Of a stretch of DNA of 64,000 nt, positions 43,829 to 53,045 are shown piece by piece. The stretch is taken from assembly GCA_934373295.1 (NCBI GenBank), contig CAKROK010000001.1:19030-83029 (forward strand), read 5' to 3'. Positions within the stretch are counted from its first letter, which is position 1. Each line of letters begins with the position of its first letter. The position numbers and the translations under genes were made by a program. Under the pieces are notes generated by a model. The model had not been told where the DNA came from. It worked only from the letters and a program-made list of their open reading frames with translations, and did not search any database. This DNA comes from an uncultured Christensenellaceae bacterium. GTDB taxonomy: Bacteria > Bacillota > Clostridia > Christensenellales > Christensenellaceae.

Positions 43829-45475
43829 ATGTCCTCTACCGCTGCTGCTGAAACTACGCTTTTGACCGGCAAATTCAGCGATCTGACCTCGTTCTTTTCG
43901 CTCATATATTTGGCGGTCTTTCTTCCCGTATGCATTATTGGCTATTCGCTCATGCCAAAAAAGCTCAAGAAGTACTTTTTACTCGTCGCGAGCTTCTGTT
44001 TTTATTTTCTCATAAGCGGAAAGCTGCTGGTATACCTGCTTTTGGCGATAGTCGTCACATTCCTTTTTGGATTATGGCTCGATAATGTCGGCTCAAAGCG
44101 GGATATCATATTAAAGCAGACGGAAAAGAGCGAAAGAAAAGCGGTAAAAAAGCGGTTTTTACACTACAGCAGATGGATACTCGCCTTTGCGGTGACGCTT
44201 TTGGCGGGCGGTCTGCTCGTCTTTAAGTACTCCGCATTCGCGCTCTCCAACATAAATGTGCTTTTCAGGGCGATGGATGTGTCATTTAGGCTGAAGGTTC
44301 CGTCCTTCATCATGCCCATCGGCATATCATTTTTCTCACTGATGGCGATATCCTACCTCGTGGACGTATACCGCGGCGTGATCCCCGCCGAGAAAAAGCC
44401 CTTTAAGCTCGCGCTGTGGCTCTCGTATTTCCCGCAGATAGTCGAGGGCCCTATTTGCAGGTATTCTCAAACCGCGGACGCGCTTTGGAGCGTGGAGAAG
44501 ATAAAGTTTGATAACCTCACCCTCGGATTGCAAAGAATACTATTCGGCCTCATGAAAAAGCTGGTCGTCGCGGACAGGCTAAACACGCTCGTCTCCGCCG
44601 TTTTTGAAAATTACAGGGAATACAGCGGCGGCATAATCGCGCTCGCGGCAATTTGCTATACGATACAGCTCTACATGGACTTTTCAGGCTCGATGGACGC
44701 GGTCGTGGGTACTGCGCAGATATTCGGCGTGACCATGCCCGAAAACTTCAACCACCCGTTCTTTTCAAAGACCATTTCCGAGTTCTGGACACGCTGGCAT
44801 ATCTCGCTCGGCGCGTGGTTTAAGGACTATATCTTCTATCCGCTGACCATGTCAAAGCCCTTAAAAAAGCTCACGTCAAACGCGCGTAAGAAGATAGGCA
44901 ATCACTACGGCCCGCTGCTTTCGGGCAGCATAGCCCTGCTGTGCGTTTGGTTCTTAAACGGCCTCTGGCACGGCTCGGATTGGAACTACATTTTCTTCGG
45001 GATGTATCATTTCGTGCTCATACTCTGCGGCAGTCTCATATCTCCCCCGTCGAAATGGCTATGCCATAAGCTGAAGATAAAGACGGACTCATGGCCATAT
45101 AAGGCAATGCAGATAGTGCGCACCATCATTTTCGTCATAATCGGCGAGCTGTTCTTCCGCGCGGAGGGACTCAATAACGGTCTCAACATGTTCTCTAAGA
45201 TGGTAGGCTCGTTTAGCTTCACGGCGCTCACCCCCACCCTGCTCGAAAAGCTGGGCGTGGACATAGCCGATCTCATAATAGTCGGCGTTACGGTCGTCAT
45301 AGTTTTGGTCGTGAGTATTTTAAACGAACGGGGCATATGCATACGCACGTCCTTAAAGAAGAAAAACGTCGTGCTGCGCTGGGCGATATGGTATGCTCTC
45401 ATATTGTTCATAGTGATTTTCGGCGCATACGGCCGCGGATATATCCCCGTCGACCCGATGTACGCAAACTTTTGA
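43829..45475 (+). CDS. MBOAT-family membrane O-acyltransferase (DltB/AlgI-like)
   Basis: It is polytopic, with MBOAT blocks FWTRWHISLGAWFKDYIFYPL and FLNGLWHGSDWNYIFFGMYH (conserved His). Confidence 0.9.
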   Translation: MSSTAAAETTLLTGKFSDLTSFFSLIYLAVFLPVCIIGYSLMPKKLKKYFLLVASFCFYFLISGKLLVYLLLAIVVTFLFGLWLDNVGSKRDIILKQTEKSERKAVKKRFLHYSRWILAFAVTLLAGGLLVFKYSAFALSNINVLFRAMDVSFRLKVPSFIMPIGISFFSLMAISYLVDVYRGVIPAEKKPFKLALWLSYFPQIVEGPICRYSQTADALWSVEKIKFDNLTLGLQRILFGLMKKLVVADRLNTLVSAVFENYREYSGGIIALAAICYTIQLYMDFSGSMDAVVGTAQIFGVTMPENFNHPFFSKTISEFWTRWHISLGAWFKDYIFYPLTMSKPLKKLTSNARKKIGNHYGPLLSGSIALLCVWFLNGLWHGSDWNYIFFGMYHFVLILCGSLISPPSKWLCHKLKIKTDSWPYKAMQIVRTIIFVIIGELFFRAEGLNNGLNMFSKMVGSFSFTALTPTLLEKLGVDIADLIIVGVTVVIVLVVSILNERGICIRTSLKKKNVVLRWAIWYALILFIVIFGAYGRGYIPVDPMYANF

Positions 45476-45486
45476 GGTGAACGTCA

Positions 45487-46404
45487 ATGAAACAGTTTTT
45501 TAAACATGTATGCACAGGCGCAGTATTTATAATAATACTCGCAATTCTGCTGGGCGCGGCATCCTTCGTCTTTAACCCCAAGGATAACTCAAAAAAAGCC
45601 GGGATGCAAGACCCCACCGCACATGGCTATCTCGCCGAGCCGGAAAACAGCATAGACGTATTGTTCGTGGGCGACAGCGAGTGCTACAGCGCATTTTCAC
45701 CAAAGGTCATTTGGAAACAGCAGGGCATAACCTCATACGTATGCGGCACGCCCGGTCAAAAGCTGTATTATTCGCTTGAAATGATAGAAGAAGTCTTTAA
45801 AAGGCAGTCTCCCAAGATCGTCGTATTGGAGACAAACGCCATATACAGAAAATTCGCGAGAAAATCGGTAGCAGTAAACGAAGTCGAGCTTGCGCTGCCC
45901 ATATTCAGATATCACGACCGCTGGAAGACTTTAAGCGCGGACGACCTCAATTTCAATACGCAATACACGCATATCGAAAAGAACAGAGGCTATCGCGTCA
46001 ATAAGGATGTTCGCTCGGTCTCCCCCGGAAAGTACATGAAAAAGACCAAGATTCGAGAGACCATACCGAAAATCAACCTCGATTATATGGATAAGATAAT
46101 CTCACTTTGTGAGGAGCACGGCGCGCAGCTCATTCTGGTGAGCACGCCCAGCACCAAGAACTGGAGCTATAAGCGACATAACGGCATAAAGGAATATGCC
46201 GAGGAAAAGGGGCTTAAATACATCGACCTCAACACCGCCAAAAAGCTCAAAATAGACTGGACAAAGGATACCCGCGACCACGGAGACCACCTGAACCACT
46301 CGGGCGCAAAAAAGGTCTCAAAGTACATGGGAAAGTACTTCAAAAAGACAGGGCTTTTTGAGGATAAGCGCGGACGCACGGAATATGCGTCATGGGACGA
46401 GTGA
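45487..46404 (+). CDS. Membrane-anchored SGNH/DHHW-type protein in the DltD position
   Basis: It has an N-terminal TM segment, a block I-like LFVGDSECYS and a C-terminal DHGDHLNHSGAKK (DxxH-like block). Confidence 0.65.
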   Translation: MKQFFKHVCTGAVFIIILAILLGAASFVFNPKDNSKKAGMQDPTAHGYLAEPENSIDVLFVGDSECYSAFSPKVIWKQQGITSYVCGTPGQKLYYSLEMIEEVFKRQSPKIVVLETNAIYRKFARKSVAVNEVELALPIFRYHDRWKTLSADDLNFNTQYTHIEKNRGYRVNKDVRSVSPGKYMKKTKIRETIPKINLDYMDKIISLCEEHGAQLILVSTPSTKNWSYKRHNGIKEYAEEKGLKYIDLNTAKKLKIDWTKDTRDHGDHLNHSGAKKVSKYMGKYFKKTGLFEDKRGRTEYASWDE

Positions 46405-46451
46405 AAAAATCCCGCAGCGGGCGAAAACGCCGTAACTGCGGGAATTTTTTC
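46405..46451. terminator. Bidirectional intrinsic terminator (Dlt-like operon and glyQS converge)
   Basis: AAAAAATCCCGCAG-loop-CTGCGGGAATTTTTT. Confidence 0.75.
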
Positions 46452-46465
46452 GTGTATTTTTAAAA

Positions 46466-47857
46466 TCAGAACATTACCTTTTCATCGAGGAACGCCTTTA
46501 AGTCCGCGATGGGCATCCTGACCTGCTGCATTGTGTCTCTGTCTCGTACCGTCACGCAGTTGTCCTCGAGCGTGTCAAAGTCGATAGTGATGCAGTAAGG
46601 CGTGCCGATCTCGTCCTCTCTCCTATAGCGCTTGCCGATGGAGCCGTTCGCGTCCATCTCGATGTTGTGATATTTGATAAGTTCGTCAAATACCTCCTCC
46701 GCCTTATCCGAGAGCTTTTTGGAAAGGGGAAGTATGGCAGCCTTATAGGGCGCGAGCGCGGGATGCAGGTGAAGCACTGTTCTGACGTCGCCGCCCTCCA
46801 GCTCCTCCTCGTCATATGCGTCGCAAAGGAACGCAAGCGCGACTCTGTCCGCGCCGAGCGAGGGCTCTATGCAGTAGGGAACGTACTTTTCGTTGGTGAC
46901 GGGATCCTGATACTGGAAGTTTTCACCCGATGCGTTCATGTGCGCGGAGAGGTCATAGTCCGTTCTGTCCGCTATGCCCCAAAGCTCTCCCCAGCCAAAG
47001 GGGAACAGGTATTCGATATCCGTGGTCGCGTTGGAATAGAACGAAAGCTCCTCCGGCTCATGGTCGCGCAGGCGGATGTTCTCCTCCGTCATGTTGAGGC
47101 TCAAAAGGAACTTCTCGCAGGTGTCCTTCCAATACTTGAACCACTGCATCTCCTCCTTGGGATCGCAGAAGAACTCGAGCTCCATCTGCTCAAACTCGCG
47201 CGTTCTGAAGGTGAAGTTGCCGGGGGTTATCTCATTTCTGAAGGACTTGCCTATCTGCCCGATACCCATGGGCATCTTGTGGCGCGTGGAGCGCAGCACG
47301 TTTTTGAAGTTTACAAATATGCCCTGCGCCGTCTCGGGACGAAGATAAACGGTGGATGCGGTATCCTCGTTTACACCCTGGAACGTCTTGAACATGAGGT
47401 TGAACTGCCTTATGGGCGTGAAGTTCTTCGCGCCGCAGGAGGGGCATACGATGTTGTCCGCGATGAACTTTTCCATCTCGTCCTTATCCATCGCCTCGAC
47501 GACAACGCCCTCAATCTTATTGTCAAAGAGATACTGCTCGATCAGCTTATCCGCTCTGAAGCGCTCCTTGCACTCCTTGCAGTCCATGAGCGGGTCGTTG
47601 AAGCCGCCGACGTGACCGGACGTGACCCATGTCTGGGGATTCATGAGAATTGCGCAGTCCAGACCGACGTTATATTTACACTCGGTCACGAACTTCTTCC
47701 ACCACGCCTTTTTAACGTTGTTTTTAAATTCAACGCCCAGCGGACCGTAATCCCACGTGTTCGCAAGGCCGCCGTAAATCTCCGAGCCTGCGAAGATGTA
47801 GCCCCTGTTCTTACACAGCGCGACTATTTTATCCATTGTCTTTTTCTGCTGATCCAT
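46466..47857 (-). CDS. glyQS: Glycine-tRNA ligase (single-chain dimeric type)
   Basis: 463 aa. It reads [33 protein letters not shown]...[25 protein letters not shown]. Confidence 0.95.
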   Translation of the reverse strand: MDQQKKTMDKIVALCKNRGYIFAGSEIYGGLANTWDYGPLGVEFKNNVKKAWWKKFVTECKYNVGLDCAILMNPQTWVTSGHVGGFNDPLMDCKECKERFRADKLIEQYLFDNKIEGVVVEAMDKDEMEKFIADNIVCPSCGAKNFTPIRQFNLMFKTFQGVNEDTASTVYLRPETAQGIFVNFKNVLRSTRHKMPMGIGQIGKSFRNEITPGNFTFRTREFEQMELEFFCDPKEEMQWFKYWKDTCEKFLLSLNMTEENIRLRDHEPEELSFYSNATTDIEYLFPFGWGELWGIADRTDYDLSAHMNASGENFQYQDPVTNEKYVPYCIEPSLGADRVALAFLCDAYDEEELEGGDVRTVLHLHPALAPYKAAILPLSKKLSDKAEEVFDELIKYHNIEMDANGSIGKRYRREDEIGTPYCITIDFDTLEDNCVTVRDRDTMQQVRMPIADLKAFLDEKVMF

Positions 47858-47888
47858 AGCTGATCCTCCTAATAATTTGCCTTATAAT

Positions 47889-48025
47889 CAAAAAAGCTCC
47901 CGTCCCGATCAAGGGACGAAAGCTAAACTTCCGTGGTTCCACCCTTATTGACGGGGAAAAACCCGCCCGCTTTAGGTATGCCGTTGTTTTCATGGGATGC
48001 CAACCCCAAACGGCCCGTATTCACT
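47889..48025 (-). promoter_or_regulatory. T-box riboswitch leader (short glyQS type) with terminator
   Basis: The minus strand carries the T-box sequence AAGGGTGGAACCACGG (47931-47946). The terminator is CGTCCC-TTGATC-GGGACG plus a U-run (47889-47923). The candidate specifier is GGC followed by A (47982-47980). It is compact, which fits glycine T-boxes lacking stem II. Confidence 0.8.
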
Positions 48026-48031
48026 TCTATT

Positions 48032-48060
48032 AATATACTTTATTCCCGCCGAAAAGTCAA
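48032..48060 (-). promoter_or_regulatory. Sigma-A promoter of the glyQS T-box leader
   Basis: The minus strand reads TTGACT (48060-48055), a 17-nt spacer, then TATATT (48037-48032). Confidence 0.6.
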
Positions 48061-48106
48061 CTCGTTTTTTATATACAATTTGTTCATTTCAATAATCCGC
48101 CCGATA

Positions 48107-48115
48107 TGATATAAT
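48107..48115 (+). promoter_or_regulatory. Extended -10 element (TGATATAAT) for the PBP gene
   Basis: TG at 48107-48108 and TATAAT at 48110-48115. It overlaps the first ATG of the ORF track, which argues for the downstream start at 48144. Confidence 0.4.
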
Positions 48116-48143
48116 GAAGCTTATAAAACTCAAGAGGGAAATT

Positions 48144-50213
48144 ATGAGGCGTTACAAGTTATTATTCATACTGTTGGCTATATTCATCGTCATTTGCGGC
48201 TGTTCATCCTCCCCTACCGCGGGGCTGAACACCGACGTCACCGAAAAATACATAAAGAGCATAGAGAGCATGGATTTTTCCGCAGCGCACAAGTGCTTTT
48301 GGAAACATGCCGAATACGTTAAAAAAGAGACGTATATCGAGGACTGCGAGTATATTTTGGAAAAGCTGGGCGTCACGTCCATAACCGTCTCGGACGCGGA
48401 CACTACTGCCAAAAAGGAAGGCGGCGGGACGTTTTCATATACCGTCACGCTGCATACAAAGGAGGCGGGCGACATCGTCTCCTCCTGCTCGACGGACCTC
48501 ATAATCGAAAAGGGAAAGACATACATCGCATATTCATCCGACCTACTGCTCGAGGATTTTGAGCATAACGACGTGATAACGCGCGTGACCCTCGCGGGAC
48601 AGAGGGGCGAGATATTCACGAGCGACGGCACAGTCGTTGCGCAGAATTCCTTTGCAGACACGGTATATATCGAGGTCTCGGAGGAGCTCGATTTTAAAGA
48701 CACCATCACGCGCATAGATTCTCTTTTGGACCTCTCCGAAAAGCAGCTTTCGCGCATAAAAAAGGACTATGACAGCGCCCTTGAAAACGGCTACGGCTCG
48801 GTAAAGGTCGAGGAATTCTCCCGCGGCTCGATCGATAAAAAGCTGGAAAAGCAGCTTTTGAACATAGACGGCGTGGGGATAGACTCCGAAAAGATGACCT
48901 ATCAGCGCTATTACCCCTATGACAACTACTACTGCCACGTCGTGGGATATGCTAACTCCCCCAACGAGGATCAGCAAAAGGAGCTTTCCGCAGGCGGCTA
49001 CTCCCAAAACTCCGTCTGGGGAAAGGAGGGCATTGAAAAGGAATATAACGAGCAGATGCTCGCATATGACGGATATGCCTATCAGCTTAGAAAGGATACC
49101 TATGAGATAAAGCGCACGCTGTATACCGAGGACGCAAAAAACGGCAGCGACGTCATCTTGACGATAGACTCCCAGCTTCAAAAGCAGGCCAACGAGCTCT
49201 TAGCCGAAAAGCTGGATGACGACCAGGCGGGCACGGCGATAGTGCTAAACGGCAAGACGGGCGCAGTCCTCGCGCAGGCGAGCAACCCGAGCTTTGACGC
49301 GAATCTCTTCGCCTTCGGCATAAGCGAGGCAGATTATAAAAAGCTCACGGAGGACAAGAGCGCGCCGCTGTTTAACCGCGCGACGCAAGGATTATATCCC
49401 CCCGGCTCGACCATAAAGCCCTTTACGGCGACCGCCGCGCTGAACGCAGGCACGGCGAGCTTTTCCTCCGTATTCCCGTATACCGTAAGCAACAACAGCT
49501 GGACGCCCAAAAATTGGCACTGGCTGCCCGTAAAGAGGGATGAATACGTCTCCCCTCCCCTCACGATGTATAAGGCGATGGTCCATTCCGACAACATCTA
49601 CTTCGCGTGGCTGGGTCTTGAGGCGGGCTATAAGAACGTCGCGGACTACTTCTCATCGATAGGCATCGGCGAGGCGGTAAAATACGACCTGCCCACGGCG
49701 AAATCCAACCTCATAAACGACGATGCGGAGAAAAACGGCACCATGCTCGCGGATATGAGCTTCGGCCACGGTCAAATACTCATCACCCCCATACAAGCGG
49801 CATCCATGTATACCGCGTTTCAAAACAACGGCGACATGCTCACCCCCTATCTCGTGGAAAAGCTGGGCGTGACGGATGGTGAGGACTATTCAACAAAGGA
49901 CGTCGGCGAGCGCACCGTCTTAAAATCGGGCGCGGTCGATTCCTCATATATCGACAATTTTAACCAGATGTTCGCGGGCGTCGTCAATGAAGGCACCGCC
50001 ACCCAGCTAAAAAGCTCAAAAGCAAGGGTATACGCAAAGACGGGCACGGCGATAAAGGGCGACGATAAGGAAAAGAGGATTTCATGGATAGTCGCATGGC
50101 TGCCGGACAGCGATGACGGCCGCATAGTCGTGGTCGTGATAGAAACCCCCGTGAATAAGGGCAACGTCAAGTTCGCCGTCGCGCGCCCGCTTCTGGGGTT
50201 GGACGATAAATAG
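48144..50213 (+). CDS. Class B penicillin-binding protein (transpeptidase), probable lipoprotein with an NTF2-like N-domain
   Basis: It has STIKP (SxxK), HSDN (SxN) and KTGTA (KTG). The signal/lipobox is MRRYKLLFILLAIFIVICGC. The start at ATG 48144 has a GAGGG RBS. Confidence 0.9.
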   Translation: MRRYKLLFILLAIFIVICGCSSSPTAGLNTDVTEKYIKSIESMDFSAAHKCFWKHAEYVKKETYIEDCEYILEKLGVTSITVSDADTTAKKEGGGTFSYTVTLHTKEAGDIVSSCSTDLIIEKGKTYIAYSSDLLLEDFEHNDVITRVTLAGQRGEIFTSDGTVVAQNSFADTVYIEVSEELDFKDTITRIDSLLDLSEKQLSRIKKDYDSALENGYGSVKVEEFSRGSIDKKLEKQLLNIDGVGIDSEKMTYQRYYPYDNYYCHVVGYANSPNEDQQKELSAGGYSQNSVWGKEGIEKEYNEQMLAYDGYAYQLRKDTYEIKRTLYTEDAKNGSDVILTIDSQLQKQANELLAEKLDDDQAGTAIVLNGKTGAVLAQASNPSFDANLFAFGISEADYKKLTEDKSAPLFNRATQGLYPPGSTIKPFTATAALNAGTASFSSVFPYTVSNNSWTPKNWHWLPVKRDEYVSPPLTMYKAMVHSDNIYFAWLGLEAGYKNVADYFSSIGIGEAVKYDLPTAKSNLINDDAEKNGTMLADMSFGHGQILITPIQAASMYTAFQNNGDMLTPYLVEKLGVTDGEDYSTKDVGERTVLKSGAVDSSYIDNFNQMFAGVVNEGTATQLKSSKARVYAKTGTAIKGDDKEKRISWIVAWLPDSDDGRIVVVVIETPVNKGNVKFAVARPLLGLDDK

Positions 50214-50219
50214 CACAGC

Positions 50220-50255
50220 ACGCCGGAAAGGCTCACATCTCTCCGGCGTTTTTTA
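50220..50255 (+). terminator. Intrinsic terminator after the PBP gene
   Basis: CGCCGGA-loop-TCCGGCG followed by TTTTTT. Confidence 0.75.
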
Positions 50256-50440
50256 ATACGGTAATATCAGGATGAATTGACTTTTGCTATTGTCTTTTGT
50301 GAAAAAATGAGCTAAAATTAATCTTAACATAGTTTGTATGCATATATCCTTAACTTTAGGCGACACATGCATACTTCACATCAGCGCAGCGCTTATTTTA
50401 TAAGCTCAACGCAGAATTCCAAAGAATTGGAGGAAAATAA

Positions 50441-51328
50441 ATGAACGGATATGTAAGCAAGCTGTTTGACGTAGACAGCCTCACAATCCCCAACGAAAGG
50501 CTGGAAACAAACGTCGATGAGCAGCGCATCGACGACGAGATCACGCAGCTTTCCCGCCGCTATGCGGATGAAATGCCCGCGGATATCGTCGCAAACGACG
50601 ACGTGGTGTACTGCATCGCCGATGAAAAGAGTTATCCCGATAAGAGGACGATAATCCTCTACCCCGGCGCGGATATGCCGGGCGCGCAGGAGGCCGCAGC
50701 CGCCACCGTCGGCAAAATACACGGCTGCAAATTCACCGCCCAACTCGCGGGAAGACCGGTCAACCTGAAGATAATAAATATCATCCGCCGCATTCCCGCC
50801 GAAGTAAACGACGCGCTCATCAAGAAGATGGGCATCGAGGGCGTGGGCACGCTTAGCGAGTATAAAGACTACCTATATAATAAGATAGCCGCAGAAATGC
50901 GCATGGAAAACGAAAAAGCGCTCATGCGCTATTACATGGAGCAGCTCGAGCAGAACAGCGAATACGCCTATGACGAAGCCGAGATGCAAAGCTTTATCGA
51001 CTCCGAATACGATAAGGCCGTTAAGGATTACGCGGCGGAGGGCATCGAAGCGTCCCCCGAGGAGATAAAGGATGCGATAATGGGTCAGCAAAAGCAGACG
51101 TGGCTCGCACAGGCGTTTTGTAAGGAGCATGGAATAGATATCGACGAGCAGGCTGTCGAGCAGAACGCAGACCAGATGCAGGAGATGATGAGCCTCATGG
51201 GTGAGGACGTCCCCGAAAGAGAGGAGCTTCTCAACATGGCGCGCACGGACGAGGCGTTAAACGCGCTGTTCGGCCATATTAGCGAGCTTATCGACAAAAA
51301 GACGGAGGTTTCAAATGGCAACGGTTGA
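50441..51328 (+). CDS. Acidic cytoplasmic protein, possibly trigger-factor-like (no ribosome-binding domain)
   Basis: 295 aa. The C-terminal half is helical and acidic, like the trigger-factor C-domain. The function call is weak. Confidence 0.5.
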   Translation: MNGYVSKLFDVDSLTIPNERLETNVDEQRIDDEITQLSRRYADEMPADIVANDDVVYCIADEKSYPDKRTIILYPGADMPGAQEAAAATVGKIHGCKFTAQLAGRPVNLKIINIIRRIPAEVNDALIKKMGIEGVGTLSEYKDYLYNKIAAEMRMENEKALMRYYMEQLEQNSEYAYDEAEMQSFIDSEYDKAVKDYAAEGIEASPEEIKDAIMGQQKQTWLAQAFCKEHGIDIDEQAVEQNADQMQEMMSLMGEDVPEREELLNMARTDEALNALFGHISELIDKKTEVSNGNG

Positions 51329-51632
51329 ATTAAAGGGAAGTGAATGGAGGGATTTTATAAAATCCGAATATGCCGTGATAGACTGCTACGGTGATAACTG
51401 CGTGGCCTGCGTCATATTGGAGCCCATCTATGACGCCATCGCGGACGACCTTTCGGGCATCGATTTCGGAAGGATAAATATTTCACTTTATCCCGAGATA
51501 GCGGACGAATTCGGCATCAACGCAATGCCCACCCTGCTGTATTTCAGGAACGGCAAGCTGATCGATAAGACCATCGGAAGCATGGAGCGCGCCGAGCTCA
51601 TGCAGCACATTTCACACTTGCTCTACGAATAA
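51315..51632 (+). CDS. Thioredoxin-fold protein with a CVAC active site
   Basis: It has the CxxC motif in DCYGDNCVACVILEPIY and the cis-Pro region INAMPTLLYF. Confidence 0.8.
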   Translation: MATVELKGSEWRDFIKSEYAVIDCYGDNCVACVILEPIYDAIADDLSGIDFGRINISLYPEIADEFGINAMPTLLYFRNGKLIDKTIGSMERAELMQHISHLLYE

Positions 51633-51649
51633 AAAGGAGGCTCGATATT

Positions 51650-51850
51650 ATGGGAAAGATACGCCTGAACAGCGACCGCGAGATAGTCGCGCGCGTGAAG
51701 GAAGGATTAAAGCGCACGGGCGGATACTGCCCATGTCGACTGGAGAGAAAGCCGGAGTATAAGTGCATCTGTGAGGAATTTAAGGCACAGATAGCCGACC
51801 CAAATTTTGAAGGATACTGCCACTGCCTTCTCTACTACAAAGAAAAATAA
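51650..51850 (+). CDS. Ferredoxin:thioredoxin reductase catalytic-subunit-like mini protein (66 aa)
   Basis: The Cys pattern CPC-x11-CxC-x19-CHC (GGYCPCRLERKPEYKCICEEF...GYCHCLLY) matches the FTR catalytic-chain signature as I recall it. Confidence 0.6.
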   Translation: MGKIRLNSDREIVARVKEGLKRTGGYCPCRLERKPEYKCICEEFKAQIADPNFEGYCHCLLYYKEK

Positions 51851-51884
51851 TTAATTTTATTATATTATAAAGGAGTCCCCCGCT

Positions 51885-52967
51885 ATGAAAAAAATCATCT
51901 CAATCGTTCTCATTTTTGCGCTTCTCATATCCGTTTTCGGATGCAGCCTGTTCAGCAATGATTCCATCGTCAAATTGGGCGACTATACGCACAACGACCC
52001 TTCCGGTCTTTCTTATGACGAAAGGATCATCTTAAAGGGCGACAATTTCGGAAGCACATTAGAATCCTTCGTGAATTCTGCTGCGTATCCGGACACTATG
52101 ATATATGATAATGACGGAAACCTCATCGGCATGTACAATTATGACGAAAAGACGGGCATGGCGATCGGTAAGACTGACATTGCTACCGGCGAATACACCC
52201 CGTTCTCCGAAAGTGAACAGATTGACCTCGGTATGCCCGATGAATCAAAGCTCATCTCCATCCCGGGCGACACGACCCTATACTTCGTAGTCTACGGCGA
52301 AAAGGAAGCGGCCGTTTCGGCATATATGTACGTATTTCTCACCGACGCATCCGCGGCTGATACTATCATCGCGAACACCTCAAGCATATTCGGCATCGAC
52401 TTAAAGAGCGAGAGCGACACCGTCCTCACCGCCGTAATAGACTCCAGCATGATAGCTGCGGATTTTGCGAACTACGAAGCACAGGGCGAGACCTTTGAAA
52501 AGAAGGACGCCGCGACGTATGCCGAAATTCTCTCCCAGACCTATGGCGTAAGGGAAGACATGGGCGTCAATCCCTATAAGCCCTATGAAGGACATGAGGA
52601 CCCCGATGACATCGAATACGATCAGAGGGTAGTTCTCACCGGTTCTGGCGAGGCCGCAGTTACCGAGGAATACACCAAGGACGTATCTTCCATGACCGAA
52701 TACGTCTACGGAAAGGACGGAGAAGTCGTCGCGATGTACACCTATCTTGAGACTCCTTCAAAGGAGGCTGCCGACGAGCTGATGGACAATAAGGTTTATC
52801 CCACAGCGGAGCGCGTATCCGACACCGTCATCTTAGTGGCCACAACCGGTCAGGATATGCAGGATGAATTGACGGCGTATATGGGCTATAACGTAATAAA
52901 GGATAAATCCGTCGATGAATTTGTGAGAATGCTACAGGAGACATTCTTCACATCCGTTTGCGAATAA
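51885..52967 (+). CDS. Lipoprotein of unknown function
   Basis: It has the signal MKKIISIVLIFALLISVFGCS with a lipobox, and an acidic mature part with an internal repeat (the motifs AMYxY and the E/D-rich blocks recur). Confidence 0.75.
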   Translation: MKKIISIVLIFALLISVFGCSLFSNDSIVKLGDYTHNDPSGLSYDERIILKGDNFGSTLESFVNSAAYPDTMIYDNDGNLIGMYNYDEKTGMAIGKTDIATGEYTPFSESEQIDLGMPDESKLISIPGDTTLYFVVYGEKEAAVSAYMYVFLTDASAADTIIANTSSIFGIDLKSESDTVLTAVIDSSMIAADFANYEAQGETFEKKDAATYAEILSQTYGVREDMGVNPYKPYEGHEDPDDIEYDQRVVLTGSGEAAVTEEYTKDVSSMTEYVYGKDGEVVAMYTYLETPSKEAADELMDNKVYPTAERVSDTVILVATTGQDMQDELTAYMGYNVIKDKSVDEFVRMLQETFFTSVCE

Positions 52968-52979
52968 ATTAAACAGGCA

Positions 52980-53014
52980 AGGCGCCGTAAATTACTGCGG
53001 CGCCCACTTTTTTA
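52980..53014 (+). terminator. Intrinsic terminator after the lipoprotein gene
   Basis: GGCGCCG-loop-CGGCGCC followed by CACTTTTTT. Confidence 0.75.
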
Positions 53015-53045
53015 TATCAGCGTTTCCCTATACAGGAGAATACAA

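Noticed and set aside
50336-50374. An 8-bp inverted repeat GTATGCAT...ATGCATAC with a 23-nt loop, upstream of the trigger-factor-like gene.
   Set aside because: The arms are short and AT-rich with a large loop, and no adjacent promoter hexamers or U-tract are present. It is compatible with chance.
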